From positions 373 through 64,372 of the forward strand of contig JAAVFS010000122.1 in NCBI GenBank assembly GCA_014800605.1: 64,000 nt of DNA, written 5' to 3'. The notes below the pieces were generated by a model. That model had not been told where the DNA came from and did no database searches. It worked only from the letters and a program-made list of their open reading frames with translations. Position 1 is the first letter of the stretch. Each line of letters starts with the position of its first letter. Made by a program: the position numbers and the translations under genes. The stretch is from Bacteroidales bacterium (GTDB taxonomy: Bacteria; Bacteroidota; Bacteroidia; Bacteroidales; Muribaculaceae). Positions 44,160 through 53,177 of the stretch are shown here, piece after piece.

Positions 44160-46463
44160 TTAGAGATGCAGTTTGAGACCGGCTGTGAGAGTGCGGGGGA
44201 GCGATGGACCGTAGATATAGCCTGAGTCACGCAGGTAGCCGCAGTCGAAGTCGTTCTGGTAGCTGTTGAAAATGTTCATAAGTCCTAAACTTACTTCCAG
44301 ACACGCGGTGTTGAACACCTTGAACTCGTATGCCACCTTCACATTGGCATCAAAGAATGATGGGGTGTTGACAGCCTGATCGATGACAGTGCCGGAGCCC
44401 TCGAGATGCTGCACGAGCATGCTGCCGGTATAGGTGCCGGATGCGGTGGCTGTCAGTCGCTTGGTTATATTATAGTTAAATGTGAAGTAGCCGTAGAGAT
44501 CCGGGCTGCGGAAAAGCTTTTTGACAGGGGCTACATCAGGATTCTCACTCCAAACTTCCGGCTCCTTGTAGCGTCCGCGCTGCCATGTCAGGCCGGCCTG
44601 AAGCTGTATTTTTGACGAGAATACGGCTTTTCCTTCCACATTCACACCAGCCACGTAGGCACCCGATCCGTTGTAGCGCTCGAGCACGGCATTGCCTTGC
44701 GCATCAGGCTCATCGAGTTTGCGTATTGCAAAGACATCGCGCAGGTCGGTATAGAAACCTTCGACCATCAGGTTGGTCATCACTGATCCGAATGTGTGGT
44801 AGAGGTCGACCGAAGCACTCAGACTGTTGCTGCTCTCTTGCTTAAGGCCGGGAGCGAGAATGGTGACTACGCGCTCACCCCCGACGATGGCCACGTGGAA
44901 GTCTTCATCGTAGGCCTGGGGCGAGCGGAATCCGGTCGAGTAGGAGAGTCGCAGATTGATGTTGTCGGTCGGATTGTAGCGGATATTGGCACGAGGCGAC
45001 ACGATGGCATTGTGGATCATAGAGTGCTTGTCTACGCGGGCTCCGATCAGGAATCCCCAGCGATCGTTTCTCCATTCATTCTGTGCATAAGCGCTGTAGA
45101 TGTTGACCTTCTGCATCTCGTCGTGGTCATAGCCGAGAGTCACGTCGTGGAGCTTGTTGTAATTGTATTCGATGCCGCTGACCAGCTCTGCGGGCATGAA
45201 CCAAAGACGATCAAATGAGTGGGTGTATTGCGAGCCGGCTGTGACTACAAGGTCGTGCGTGCGACCATAGGCGTTGGGGTCCATCTCGCTGCCGTAGTAG
45301 CTCGAGCGGCGGGTATTCTGAGTGGCGGCGTAGACATTGACGTGATTGTTGCGTGATGTCGACCACCAGTCCCAGGCGAGTTCGCCGGCATGGATGTAGT
45401 GCTCGACCTGCTCGGCCACCCATACATCATGTGCAGGCTTGTCGAGTTGGTCGCCACCGCGACGATATTCGTGGGTGGTGTGATATTCGCCGGTGATGCG
45501 GTTGTTGGCATCGGGACGCGCGAATACCCTGACGCCGAGAGTCTGAGATTTTAGTGCGGCCACTTCCGTAAATCCATCTCCGTTATGGTCATAACCGTCG
45601 CGATTGCGGCTCTGACCGTAGAGGGTCATGCCGATGCTTGTGTTGTCGTTGACCAGAGAGGCATTGAATGTCGTGTTGTTGTCCAGCGATCCCGACAGAC
45701 CTACTGAAGAGAGTGTGTGAGCAGCCTCGGCATAGTTGGTCACGGGGTCTTTTGTTATGATGTTGATTGTTCCGCCAATAGCAGAGGCGCCGAACAGAGC
45801 CGAGCCGCCTCCTCGCATGACCTCAACACGGTCTATCATGTTGGCCGGAATCTGCTCCAGGCCGTAGACGCCGGTCAGCGCTGAGAATACGGGGCGCGAG
45901 TTCATCAGGATCTGTGAGTAGTGGCCGTCCAGTCCGTTGATTCTCACCTGTGTGAAGCCGCAGTTCTGACAGTCATTTTCGACTCTGACACCGGGCTGAA
46001 AGTTTAGTCCGTCGGCAAGCGAGCTTGCGTTGACCATATTGAAGAGTTTGTCGGTCACTACATTGACCATCGTGGGGCTGAGTCGGCGTTTCTGCTCGCT
46101 CTTGCTGCCGGTGACTACCACCTGATCAAGCATAAAGGCGTCAGACTCTACGTCAAAATTCTCTTCGAGTGTCTTGTTGGCTTCTACTTTGACGGGACGC
46201 TGCTGGCTTTTGTAGCCTACCATCGTGGCTTCCAGGATATAGTCGCCGGGCTTGATGTTGCGCAGGGTGTAGTGGCCCGACGCATCGGTAACGGTGCCTA
46301 TGGCGGTGCCTACCAAGTGGATTGAATAGTAACTGAGATGCTCACCTGTCTCTGCATCTACTACGTGACCCACGATATTCGCATCGCTCAGGGTCTCTGC
46401 TTTAGATATTACTGATGAGAAGATTAGCGCAAAGGCAATAAGTATCCTATTGAAATTTGACAT
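44160..46463 (-). CDS. TonB-dependent receptor (non-SusC type)
   Basis: Signal peptide, carboxypeptidase-regulatory-like domain, plug (VVVTGSKSEQ..RVEVMRGGGSALFGASAIGGTINIIT), barrel, and a C-terminal ..TAGLKLHL. Confidence 0.9.
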   Translation of the reverse strand: MSNFNRILIAFALIFSSVISKAETLSDANIVGHVVDAETGEHLSYYSIHLVGTAIGTVTDASGHYTLRNIKPGDYILEATMVGYKSQQRPVKVEANKTLEENFDVESDAFMLDQVVVTGSKSEQKRRLSPTMVNVVTDKLFNMVNASSLADGLNFQPGVRVENDCQNCGFTQVRINGLDGHYSQILMNSRPVFSALTGVYGLEQIPANMIDRVEVMRGGGSALFGASAIGGTINIITKDPVTNYAEAAHTLSSVGLSGSLDNNTTFNASLVNDNTSIGMTLYGQSRNRDGYDHNGDGFTEVAALKSQTLGVRVFARPDANNRITGEYHTTHEYRRGGDQLDKPAHDVWVAEQVEHYIHAGELAWDWWSTSRNNHVNVYAATQNTRRSSYYGSEMDPNAYGRTHDLVVTAGSQYTHSFDRLWFMPAELVSGIEYNYNKLHDVTLGYDHDEMQKVNIYSAYAQNEWRNDRWGFLIGARVDKHSMIHNAIVSPRANIRYNPTDNINLRLSYSTGFRSPQAYDEDFHVAIVGGERVVTILAPGLKQESSNSLSASVDLYHTFGSVMTNLMVEGFYTDLRDVFAIRKLDEPDAQGNAVLERYNGSGAYVAGVNVEGKAVFSSKIQLQAGLTWQRGRYKEPEVWSENPDVAPVKKLFRSPDLYGYFTFNYNITKRLTATASGTYTGSMLVQHLEGSGTVIDQAVNTPSFFDANVKVAYEFKVFNTACLEVSLGLMNIFNSYQNDFDCGYLRDSGYIYGPSLPRTLTAGLKLHL

Positions 46464-46522
46464 AATGATTGGTTTTCCGGGATTTGCGGAACTAAATAAC
46501 CGTGTATAGCTGTTTCACGATA

Positions 46523-46530
46523 CAAATATA
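46523..46530 (-). promoter_or_regulatory. Bacteroidota -7 box (TATATTTG on the minus strand) for the TonB-dependent receptor
   Basis: TAnnTTTG about 60 nt upstream of ATG 46463. Confidence 0.4.
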
Positions 46531-46537
46531 CGAAAAA

Positions 46538-47524
46538 TTACAGAGAAAGTATGTTGCAAATTTCGCCTACGGAGTAAATGCTGTCGGAGGTGGTGATGAC
46601 TGCTTTCACGCCCTCGAGCTGTTCGAGCATTTCGATTGCGTCAGTCACGGGCATCGCCATTGTGGCGGTTGCGAGTGCATCGGCTATGGCGCAGTTGGGC
46701 GCTATGATGCTGGCTGACAGGATTCCAGTCTGTATCGGTCGACCTGTCGTCGCGGATATCGTGTGTCCGTAGCGTCGGTTGCCGGTCTCGTGGTAGTTGC
46801 GATAGTTGCCTGAGGAGGCTACCGCGCAGCCGGTCAGCTCTATTGTGGCCATACCGGTTCGTTTTGAGTCGAAATGCTCGGCAGGTGCTTCGAGCATGAT
46901 GCGCCATAGGCGTCCACGGTCATTATGCCCTCGGATAGTGATTTCTCCTCCGATTTCTACCATGCTGTTTGTCACTCCGTTGCGGCTCAGCATGTCGCTG
47001 ATAAGGTCGCAAGCATACCCCTTTGTAATAGCCGAGAAGTTGAATGTGGTTTCGGGTGTCTTTTTCGAGATAAGACCCTCCGATATATTACAGTCGGCTA
47101 TTCCTACGTGCGCGAGCGCTGAGTAGATAGCAGAATCGGTCGGAAGAGCTTGGCTGTCAGTTTTGTCGTAACCGAAACCCCACAGATTGATGAGGGGCGA
47201 GAGGGTGGGATCGAAGGCTCCTCCCGAGAGGTTGTTGACAGTCTGAGAAGTCTGGAAGATAAAGTCGATCAGCGTATCGGTCTGATCGGTCTCGTTGCGG
47301 TTGATCTGAGATATCCTCGAGCCGGGAAGGAAGGGGGATAGCGACATCTCGACGCGGCTGAATGTGGCTACGATCGAGTCGTCAAGCGAGTTGACGCTCT
47401 GGTATTTGATGGAGTAGGATGTGTTCCAGATGACGCCCTGCATAGTGTGCCAGCGGTAGTCGCGGCTGCAAGATGCTGAGATTAGAGACAGCGCGCCGAG
47501 GGCTGCGGCTGCGAGGGGCTTCAT
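46538..47524 (-). CDS. apbE: FAD:protein FMN transferase (ApbE family), lipoprotein form
   Basis: Lipobox LISASC|S. ApbE motifs (GAFDPTLSPL, FSAITKGYACD, RLWRIMLEAP, AVASSGNYRNY..GHTISATTGRP, ADALATA). ATGA overlap with the histidine kinase gene. Confidence 0.85.
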   Translation of the reverse strand: MKPLAAAALGALSLISASCSRDYRWHTMQGVIWNTSYSIKYQSVNSLDDSIVATFSRVEMSLSPFLPGSRISQINRNETDQTDTLIDFIFQTSQTVNNLSGGAFDPTLSPLINLWGFGYDKTDSQALPTDSAIYSALAHVGIADCNISEGLISKKTPETTFNFSAITKGYACDLISDMLSRNGVTNSMVEIGGEITIRGHNDRGRLWRIMLEAPAEHFDSKRTGMATIELTGCAVASSGNYRNYHETGNRRYGHTISATTGRPIQTGILSASIIAPNCAIADALATATMAMPVTDAIEMLEQLEGVKAVITTSDSIYSVGEICNILSL

Positions 47525-48990
47525 GCTTTGGGGCGTTTTAGCGTAAAGGTGAATTGCAGACCGCCGCTTTCGCGATTGGCTACAGTGATCGTGCCGCCGA
47601 GTGCATTGATAGTGCTCTTCACGATCGGCAGGCCGAGACCTGTGCCACCATTGCGACGCGAGCGCCCGGTATCTACGCGATAGAAGCGCTCAAAGAGGTG
47701 GGAGACACTTTCGGCAGGCACTCCGACACCGTCGTCATAGAATACGAATGTATAATTGTTGTCGGTGGTGTCGATGCACTTGATGTTGATTTCCGAACCC
47801 TTGGAGTAGAAAGCCGCATTCTTTATCAGGTTGTGGAGCATCGCGCTCAGGAGGGCCTTGTTGCCAATGACTGTGCAGTCAAACGGCAGAGCCATCTTAA
47901 CCTCCATCTGTCCGGCGAGTCCGCTCAGCTCTACCTCTTCGATAGTGCTTGCTACGAGCTCATGGAAGTCGACCGGCTCGGTCGAGATAGCGTCCTGCGA
48001 TTCCTCCAGACGAGTCATGGTCGACAGGTCGTTGAGCAGGTCGGTCAGACGGTTGGCCTGTTGCTGGGCTTTGGAGAGGAAGTGCTTCTGTGCGCTCTCG
48101 TCCATATCGGGAGTGTCCATTATGGTGTCGAGATATCCTTTGATGATACCGACCGGGGTTTTCAGCTCGTGTGAGATGTTGTTGGTCAGCTGGCGCTTGA
48201 GTTTGGCACGCTCTTCGATGGCGTGAAGAGCCGTGTTGTGCTCGTGCTCGCGGGCTGCATTAGCTGCGCTTCGGGCATTGTAGATATGGATGATCTGGCG
48301 TGAGATGTCGCCGAGCTCGTCATTGGGGAACTTGCTGTAGATCATGAAGTCGCGGTCATTGGCCGCACGATCGGCAAAGTCCTTGAGGAGCGTTATATTG
48401 CGAGTGATGTGGCGGGTGGTGATGTAAGCGACTATCGTTATGCCCACGAGGAAGATTCCGATGATGATCCAGAGAGCTAAGTCGGCTTTTATGGCGTTGG
48501 CCACAGAGTTATTGAATGGCATTACCGTGCGGATGACAATCGTAGAATCGGGCGACAGCATACTATTCATGTAGAACAGCTCGTCGGGCGAATAGCCTAC
48601 GAACTCCATTGTCATGTCTTCGAGATCGCTGCCGTCGATCAGTCCGTCATTGTCGATGTCGGTAGCGTCGGGCAGGTGCATGGTGTATCCTTTTTTGTCG
48701 ATAAAGGTGCCATAGTGGGCGTCATAGACGGCTACGAGCACGTCCTCAAGCGGAGTGCCTCTGAAGAAGTCCTCCATATAGTCGAGATAGTCTTTCATCT
48801 CTGACTCAGAGGTGTAGTGAGACATCAGGACGGTGTTGAACACCTCAAGCTGGGTGGTCAGCATTTCGCGTCGATATCCCTTCTCGCGTTTGTACGAGAT
48901 GATACCTACTGCTATGACTGAAATCCAAAGTAGTACGACAATCGGCAGAAAAAGCCGAGTCTGAAGGCTAAATCTCCTCTTTAAAACCAT
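47521..48990 (-). CDS. Two-component sensor histidine kinase
   Basis: Two TM helices flanking a ~140-aa periplasmic region, H-box ISHELKTPV, N/G boxes (HNLIKNAAFYS, DDGVGV, GGTGLGL). I prefer start ATG 48990 over 49035. Confidence 0.85.
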   Translation of the reverse strand: MVLKRRFSLQTRLFLPIVVLLWISVIAVGIISYKREKGYRREMLTTQLEVFNTVLMSHYTSESEMKDYLDYMEDFFRGTPLEDVLVAVYDAHYGTFIDKKGYTMHLPDATDIDNDGLIDGSDLEDMTMEFVGYSPDELFYMNSMLSPDSTIVIRTVMPFNNSVANAIKADLALWIIIGIFLVGITIVAYITTRHITRNITLLKDFADRAANDRDFMIYSKFPNDELGDISRQIIHIYNARSAANAAREHEHNTALHAIEERAKLKRQLTNNISHELKTPVGIIKGYLDTIMDTPDMDESAQKHFLSKAQQQANRLTDLLNDLSTMTRLEESQDAISTEPVDFHELVASTIEEVELSGLAGQMEVKMALPFDCTVIGNKALLSAMLHNLIKNAAFYSKGSEINIKCIDTTDNNYTFVFYDDGVGVPAESVSHLFERFYRVDTGRSRRNGGTGLGLPIVKSTINALGGTITVANRESGGLQFTFTLKRPKA

Positions 48991-49678
48991 AGCCGAATCC
49001 CAGTCGTGTGGTGATGTGAGCGCCATACTCGCCAAGTTTACGACGGAGGCGGGCTATATTGACGTCGACAGTGCGGTTGGTGACTACCGCATTGTTGGGC
49101 CATACATTTTTGAGGATGTCCTGGCGCGAATGAATGCGGTTGCGGTGTGTCATAAAGAACAGCAGGATATCGAATTCGTTGCGCGACAGAGTGACAAGCT
49201 GGCCGCCGATGTAGCACTGCTTCTCGTTGCGGTCGATGCGCAGTGTCTTGAATGTGATGTCAGGCTCGTAGTGACCCTGAGCGATGTTGGTGGCTACTGT
49301 CTGAGATATGTTGGAGCGGCGTAGTACGGCACGAACGCGTGCAAGCACGGCTCCGATGATAAATGGCTTGGTGATATAGTCGTCGGCGCCGATGTTGAGG
49401 CCCATTACGGTGTCATCCTCACCGGAGAGGGCTGAACAGAATATGATGGGTATGCGCTCCGTAGCTGCATTGTTCTTCAGCTTTTTAACAAAGTCGAAGC
49501 CGCTCAGGCGGTCCATCATAATATCCACAATCATAAGCGAATAGCTCGGCAGATCCATGGTGAGAGCTTCTTCAGCGCTCAGGGCGGTGTCTACCTCGTA
49601 GCCTTCCTTCTCGAGGTTGTACTTTAATATTTCGCAGATTGACTCTTCGTCGTCGATTACAAGTATTTTAATGCGCAT
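48968..49678 (-). CDS. OmpR/PhoB-family response regulator
   Basis: Receiver domain (ILVIDDE..DIMMDRLSG..K) plus a winged-helix output domain (LSRNEFDILLFF..VDVNIARLRRKL). Confidence 0.9.
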   Translation of the reverse strand: MRIKILVIDDEESICEILKYNLEKEGYEVDTALSAEEALTMDLPSYSLMIVDIMMDRLSGFDFVKKLKNNAATERIPIIFCSALSGEDDTVMGLNIGADDYITKPFIIGAVLARVRAVLRRSNISQTVATNIAQGHYEPDITFKTLRIDRNEKQCYIGGQLVTLSRNEFDILLFFMTHRNRIHSRQDILKNVWPNNAVVTNRTVDVNIARLRRKLGEYGAHITTRLGFGYGFKEEI

Positions 49679-49746
49679 GATTTGGAAATCTGTGTAATTT
49701 GACGCGAAGTTAATGAAAATTAACGATATTTGACCGTTAAATAGCG

Positions 49747-49989
49747 TTAAAAGTCTTCACTGATCATGTCATGGAAATCGTCATCTTCATCTGGAATGTA
49801 GCCGAATGAGTCATCCTCGAAGTCGTCAGACTTGGTGTCCCAATCGTCGACAGATGAGAAGTCGGATTCAGGAGTCGAATTTCTGTCGGATTTCACGGTC
49901 GGAAATTTGTGTGTGACTTTCGACTTCTTTTTCTCTCCAAAAATCCATCGGTAGATGATGATCTCTTCAAGCCATTCGCTGATTCTCAT
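49747..49989 (-). CDS. Hypothetical small protein with an extremely acidic C-terminal half
   Basis: 80-aa ORF with its own TACATTTG -7 box (50010-50017, minus strand). No recognisable domain. Confidence 0.35.
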   Translation of the reverse strand: MRISEWLEEIIIYRWIFGEKKKSKVTHKFPTVKSDRNSTPESDFSSVDDWDTKSDDFEDDSFGYIPDEDDDFHDMISEDF

Positions 49990-50136
49990 AGTCGCCTCTT
50001 ATTTATATACAAATGTAGGAGATTTTTTCTACATGGGAGTCGGGTGGTATGGAATATGGGTGGTTAAGTTATGTTAAATTAGTACGACGTTTGTCAACGC
50101 CCTCTTTGTGCCTATCGTTATATGAAATATAATTGT

Positions 50137-50144
50137 TAAATTTG
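50137..50144 (+). promoter_or_regulatory. Bacteroidota -7 box TAAATTTG for the thioesterase-dprA string
   Basis: TAnnTTTG 42 nt upstream of ATG 50186. Confidence 0.45.
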
Positions 50145-50185
50145 ATAATCAAACGGCTCTTTATCCCCCGTTCTCAATTATAGAA

Positions 50186-50602
50186 ATGAAACCGGAAGAT
50201 TATACTTTCAGCACCGAAATCAAGGTGCGCGACTACGAGGTCGATGTGCAGGGTATCGTCAATAATGCACGCTATCTTCACTATCTGGAGCATACCCGAC
50301 ATGAATTTTGCGAGATGGTAGGCTACACATTCCGTCAGATGCATCTCGACGGCTGTGACCCTGTGCTCAAACGCGCGGAGATAGACTATCTGACTCCGCT
50401 CGGCCTCGGCGACACTATGATCAGTTGCCTTGATATCGTGCGCAAAGGGGCGAGGTATATTTTCCGCCAGGACATCTATAAGCCTGATGGGACCCCGGTA
50501 GTCAGAGCCAGGACTACAATCGTGATAATCAGGGATGGACGCCCGACGCGTGGTGATGAGCTCGCCGAGGCCTTCGGCCCGTATCTTAAGGCCGATGTCT
50601 GA
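50186..50602 (+). CDS. Acyl-CoA thioesterase (4HBT/YbgC hot-dog family)
   Basis: Starts ..VRDYEVDVQGIVNNARYLHYLEHTRHEF, typical of 4HBT-fold thioesterases. 138 aa. Confidence 0.8.
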   Translation: MKPEDYTFSTEIKVRDYEVDVQGIVNNARYLHYLEHTRHEFCEMVGYTFRQMHLDGCDPVLKRAEIDYLTPLGLGDTMISCLDIVRKGARYIFRQDIYKPDGTPVVRARTTIVIIRDGRPTRGDELAEAFGPYLKADV

Positions 50603-51737
50603 CTCGCTGCTGACATATCGCATAGCGCTCTCGCTCCTCCCCGGTGTCGATGCTTCGACGGTCGGAGAGCTGATTGCTGTGTTCGGCTCGGAGCGGGGTG
50701 TCATCGAGGCTATGGAGTCGGAGATGAAAGCTATACCCGGTTTGCCGAAGAGTCTGGTGAGCACGCAGACGCGCTTTAAGGCTCTCGAGACGGCGCGCAC
50801 CGAAACTGAGTATCTTGCTACTACGTCAATCACACCGATCTGGTGTACCGACGAGTTATACCCCGCCAACATGCGAGGGATGGTCGGCGCACCTCTGATG
50901 CTATATACGGCGGGCAAAACCGACTTTTCATATCGCCCCGTCGTCAGCATTGTCGGCACCCGCCATGCTACCCCCTACGGCATTTCTTTCACTGAGCGGC
51001 TCGTGGCTGAGCTCGCAGAGGCTAATCCCGAGACTATCATTGTCAGTGGCTTGGCTTATGGTATTGATATAGCTGCACATAGGGCGGCGCTGAAAGCCGG
51101 CCTCTCGACAGTGGCTGTCGTGGCACACGGCCTCTCGACGATCTATCCCGCTGCTCACCGGGAGGTGGCATCGCGCATGGTGGTCGCGGGTGGTGCGGTG
51201 TTGACAGAGTATCTTCACGATATATCGCCGCTTCGACCTCACTTCCTTGCTCGAAACCGTATCATCGCCCGAGTGGCCTCGGCGGTTGTCGTGGTGGAGT
51301 CGTCGGAAAAGGGTGGGGCGCTCTCGACTGTCAGGCACGCTGTCACTGCCCACCGCCCGGTCTTTGCTCTCCCGGGGCGAGTGACCGATATGTATAGCGC
51401 CGGATGCAATAAGCTGATATCTGACGGAGTCGCCTCTCTGCTGACGTCGGCCGACACGATAATCGATGCACTCGGGTGGCCCCGCAGCGAAAAGTCGGAG
51501 GCGGCTTCCCCCTCGGCTTCTCCGCTCGACGGACTGAACGCCGAAGAGGTCGGCATCCTGCGCGCGATAGCTATGGAGCCGGCGGCTGACAATGACTATA
51601 TTACTGCTGTGACCTCAATTCAGCCTCATGTCCTTATGGCCTATCTTATCGGTCTGGAGATGAAGGGGCTGATATCATCCGTCGCCGGCAACCGTTACCA
51701 CCTGCAAATCCCTTTTGACATAAATTCTAAACCTTAA
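50595..51737 (+). CDS. dprA: DNA-processing protein DprA
   Basis: Rossmann-like DprA core (VSIVGTRHATPYG..IVSGLAYGIDIAAH..GGAVLTEY..FLARNRIIA..VVVESSEKGGALSTVRHA). ATG 50595 overlaps the thioesterase stop by 8 nt. Confidence 0.85.
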   Translation: MSDSLLTYRIALSLLPGVDASTVGELIAVFGSERGVIEAMESEMKAIPGLPKSLVSTQTRFKALETARTETEYLATTSITPIWCTDELYPANMRGMVGAPLMLYTAGKTDFSYRPVVSIVGTRHATPYGISFTERLVAELAEANPETIIVSGLAYGIDIAAHRAALKAGLSTVAVVAHGLSTIYPAAHREVASRMVVAGGAVLTEYLHDISPLRPHFLARNRIIARVASAVVVVESSEKGGALSTVRHAVTAHRPVFALPGRVTDMYSAGCNKLISDGVASLLTSADTIIDALGWPRSEKSEAASPSASPLDGLNAEEVGILRAIAMEPAADNDYITAVTSIQPHVLMAYLIGLEMKGLISSVAGNRYHLQIPFDINSKP

Positions 51738-51744
51738 TTCTGAT

Positions 51745-52620
51745 ATGGAACAGCGTATTATCCCCTCATCCGAGTTAATCATCAATTCTGATGGATCTGT
51801 ATTTCATCTTCACCTGAAGCCGGAGCAACTGACCGACCGCATCATTCTCGTCGGCGACCCGGGCCGTGTAGATATCGTTGCCTCGTTTTTCGACAGCCGT
51901 ACATTTGAAGTGTCGTCGCGCGAATTTCACACTATCGGAGGTACATATAAAGGAAAGCCCATTATGTGTCTGAGCCACGGCATAGGCCCTGACAATATCG
52001 ACATCGTCATCAACGAGCTTGACGCACTCGCCAATGTAGACTTCGCCACTCGCGAGGTCCGATCGGAGCATCGCCAGCTGACAATGGTGCGCATCGGCAC
52101 ATCGGGCGCTCTGCAGCCTGAGCTTAAACTCGGTACACCTGTCATAGCCACAAAGGCTATCGGATTTGACGGTGTGCTCAACTATTATGCAGGCCGTAAT
52201 GAGGTGGCCGATCTTGACTTTGAAAACGAATTTGTACGCCAGACAGCGTGGAACCCACTCTGGGCGCGCCCCTATGTCGTGGATGCCGATCCCGAACTCG
52301 TGGAGCGCATCGGCCGTGATGATATGGTGCGTGGCAATACCATTTCAGCAGTGGGATTTTACGGTCCCCAGGGTCGCCGGCTTCGTCTGCCCCTCGCTTC
52401 GCCCACCCTCAATCAGACTATCGAACAGTTCCGCTATGGAGATCAGAAGATCACCAACTACGAGATGGAGAGCGCTCCGCTCCAGGGACTCGGCCGCCTG
52501 ATGAGCCACAAGGCTATGACTGTCTGCTCGATCATCGCCAACCGCATGAATACCGAGGCTAATCCTAACTATAAGACCGCTGTGACAGATTTAATAGCGA
52601 CCGTACTTGACAGAATCTGA
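51745..52620 (+). CDS. Nucleoside phosphorylase (PNP/UDP family)
   Basis: PNP_UDP_1 pattern (ILVGDPGRV, HGIGPDNIDIVINEL, VRIGTSGAL, EMESAPL). Confidence 0.8.
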   Translation: MEQRIIPSSELIINSDGSVFHLHLKPEQLTDRIILVGDPGRVDIVASFFDSRTFEVSSREFHTIGGTYKGKPIMCLSHGIGPDNIDIVINELDALANVDFATREVRSEHRQLTMVRIGTSGALQPELKLGTPVIATKAIGFDGVLNYYAGRNEVADLDFENEFVRQTAWNPLWARPYVVDADPELVERIGRDDMVRGNTISAVGFYGPQGRRLRLPLASPTLNQTIEQFRYGDQKITNYEMESAPLQGLGRLMSHKAMTVCSIIANRMNTEANPNYKTAVTDLIATVLDRI

Positions 52621-53125
52621 GACGACATACTGTGACGGGCTGACCACTCAGCCATTCATCGTTGCTCCCTCCGCCCATGCTCGCGCAGCGCTCAGTCTCA
52701 GCGCGAGACGGTGGTGGGCGGTGGTGGTCTTGCCTCCGCTGGCGTGTCTTGTCGCATCGGTCTATAATCCGATGCTTATCATTGCGGCGCTGATATGGAT
52801 TCTGCAATTGGTGCCCCCGGCCATCATATTTATCTACGCCTCCGTCCTGCTTCGCCCGTCGGTGGCTGTGATGTTGCGCCCGCATGTGGTATCGTTCGGA
52901 GAGGAGTATATCGATGTCGAGTTTCCCGCTCAGGAGCAGGACGAGGATGATACTACGTTATCCCGACTTCAGCCTATCCGAATACCGAAAACATCAATCA
53001 CTGCAATTCAAGAAGTGTCGGACTATGTGGCAATTACATATCGTTATGAGGGGCACAGGTCGTTGCTTCTGCTTCCGGTAGGCTGTCTATCGCGGGAGTC
53101 ATTGATCTATCTCGCTAATCTATAA
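52607..53125 (+). CDS. Hypothetical membrane protein (two TM helices plus a small C-terminal beta domain)
   Basis: Hydrophobic helices at aa ~35-95. It overlaps the upstream stop by 14 nt. No recognised family. Confidence 0.45.
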   Translation: MTESETTYCDGLTTQPFIVAPSAHARAALSLSARRWWAVVVLPPLACLVASVYNPMLIIAALIWILQLVPPAIIFIYASVLLRPSVAVMLRPHVVSFGEEYIDVEFPAQEQDEDDTTLSRLQPIRIPKTSITAIQEVSDYVAITYRYEGHRSLLLLPVGCLSRESLIYLANL

Positions 53126-53127
53126 AT

Positions 53128-53162
53128 AAAGAGCCTCGACAGAATTGCTGCCGAGGCTCTTT
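53128..53162. terminator. Bidirectional terminator hairpin (11-bp stem AAAGAGCCTCG/CGAGGCTCTTT)
   Basis: Perfect stem with A-run/T-run arms between convergent genes. Confidence 0.6.
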
Positions 53163-53177
53163 GCGTTATATGTTTAG

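Noticed and set aside
50174-50959. 261-aa minus-strand ORF
   Set aside because: It is antisense to the thioesterase and dprA genes, which have clear family motifs. It has no promoter or recognisable domain, so it is a shadow ORF.
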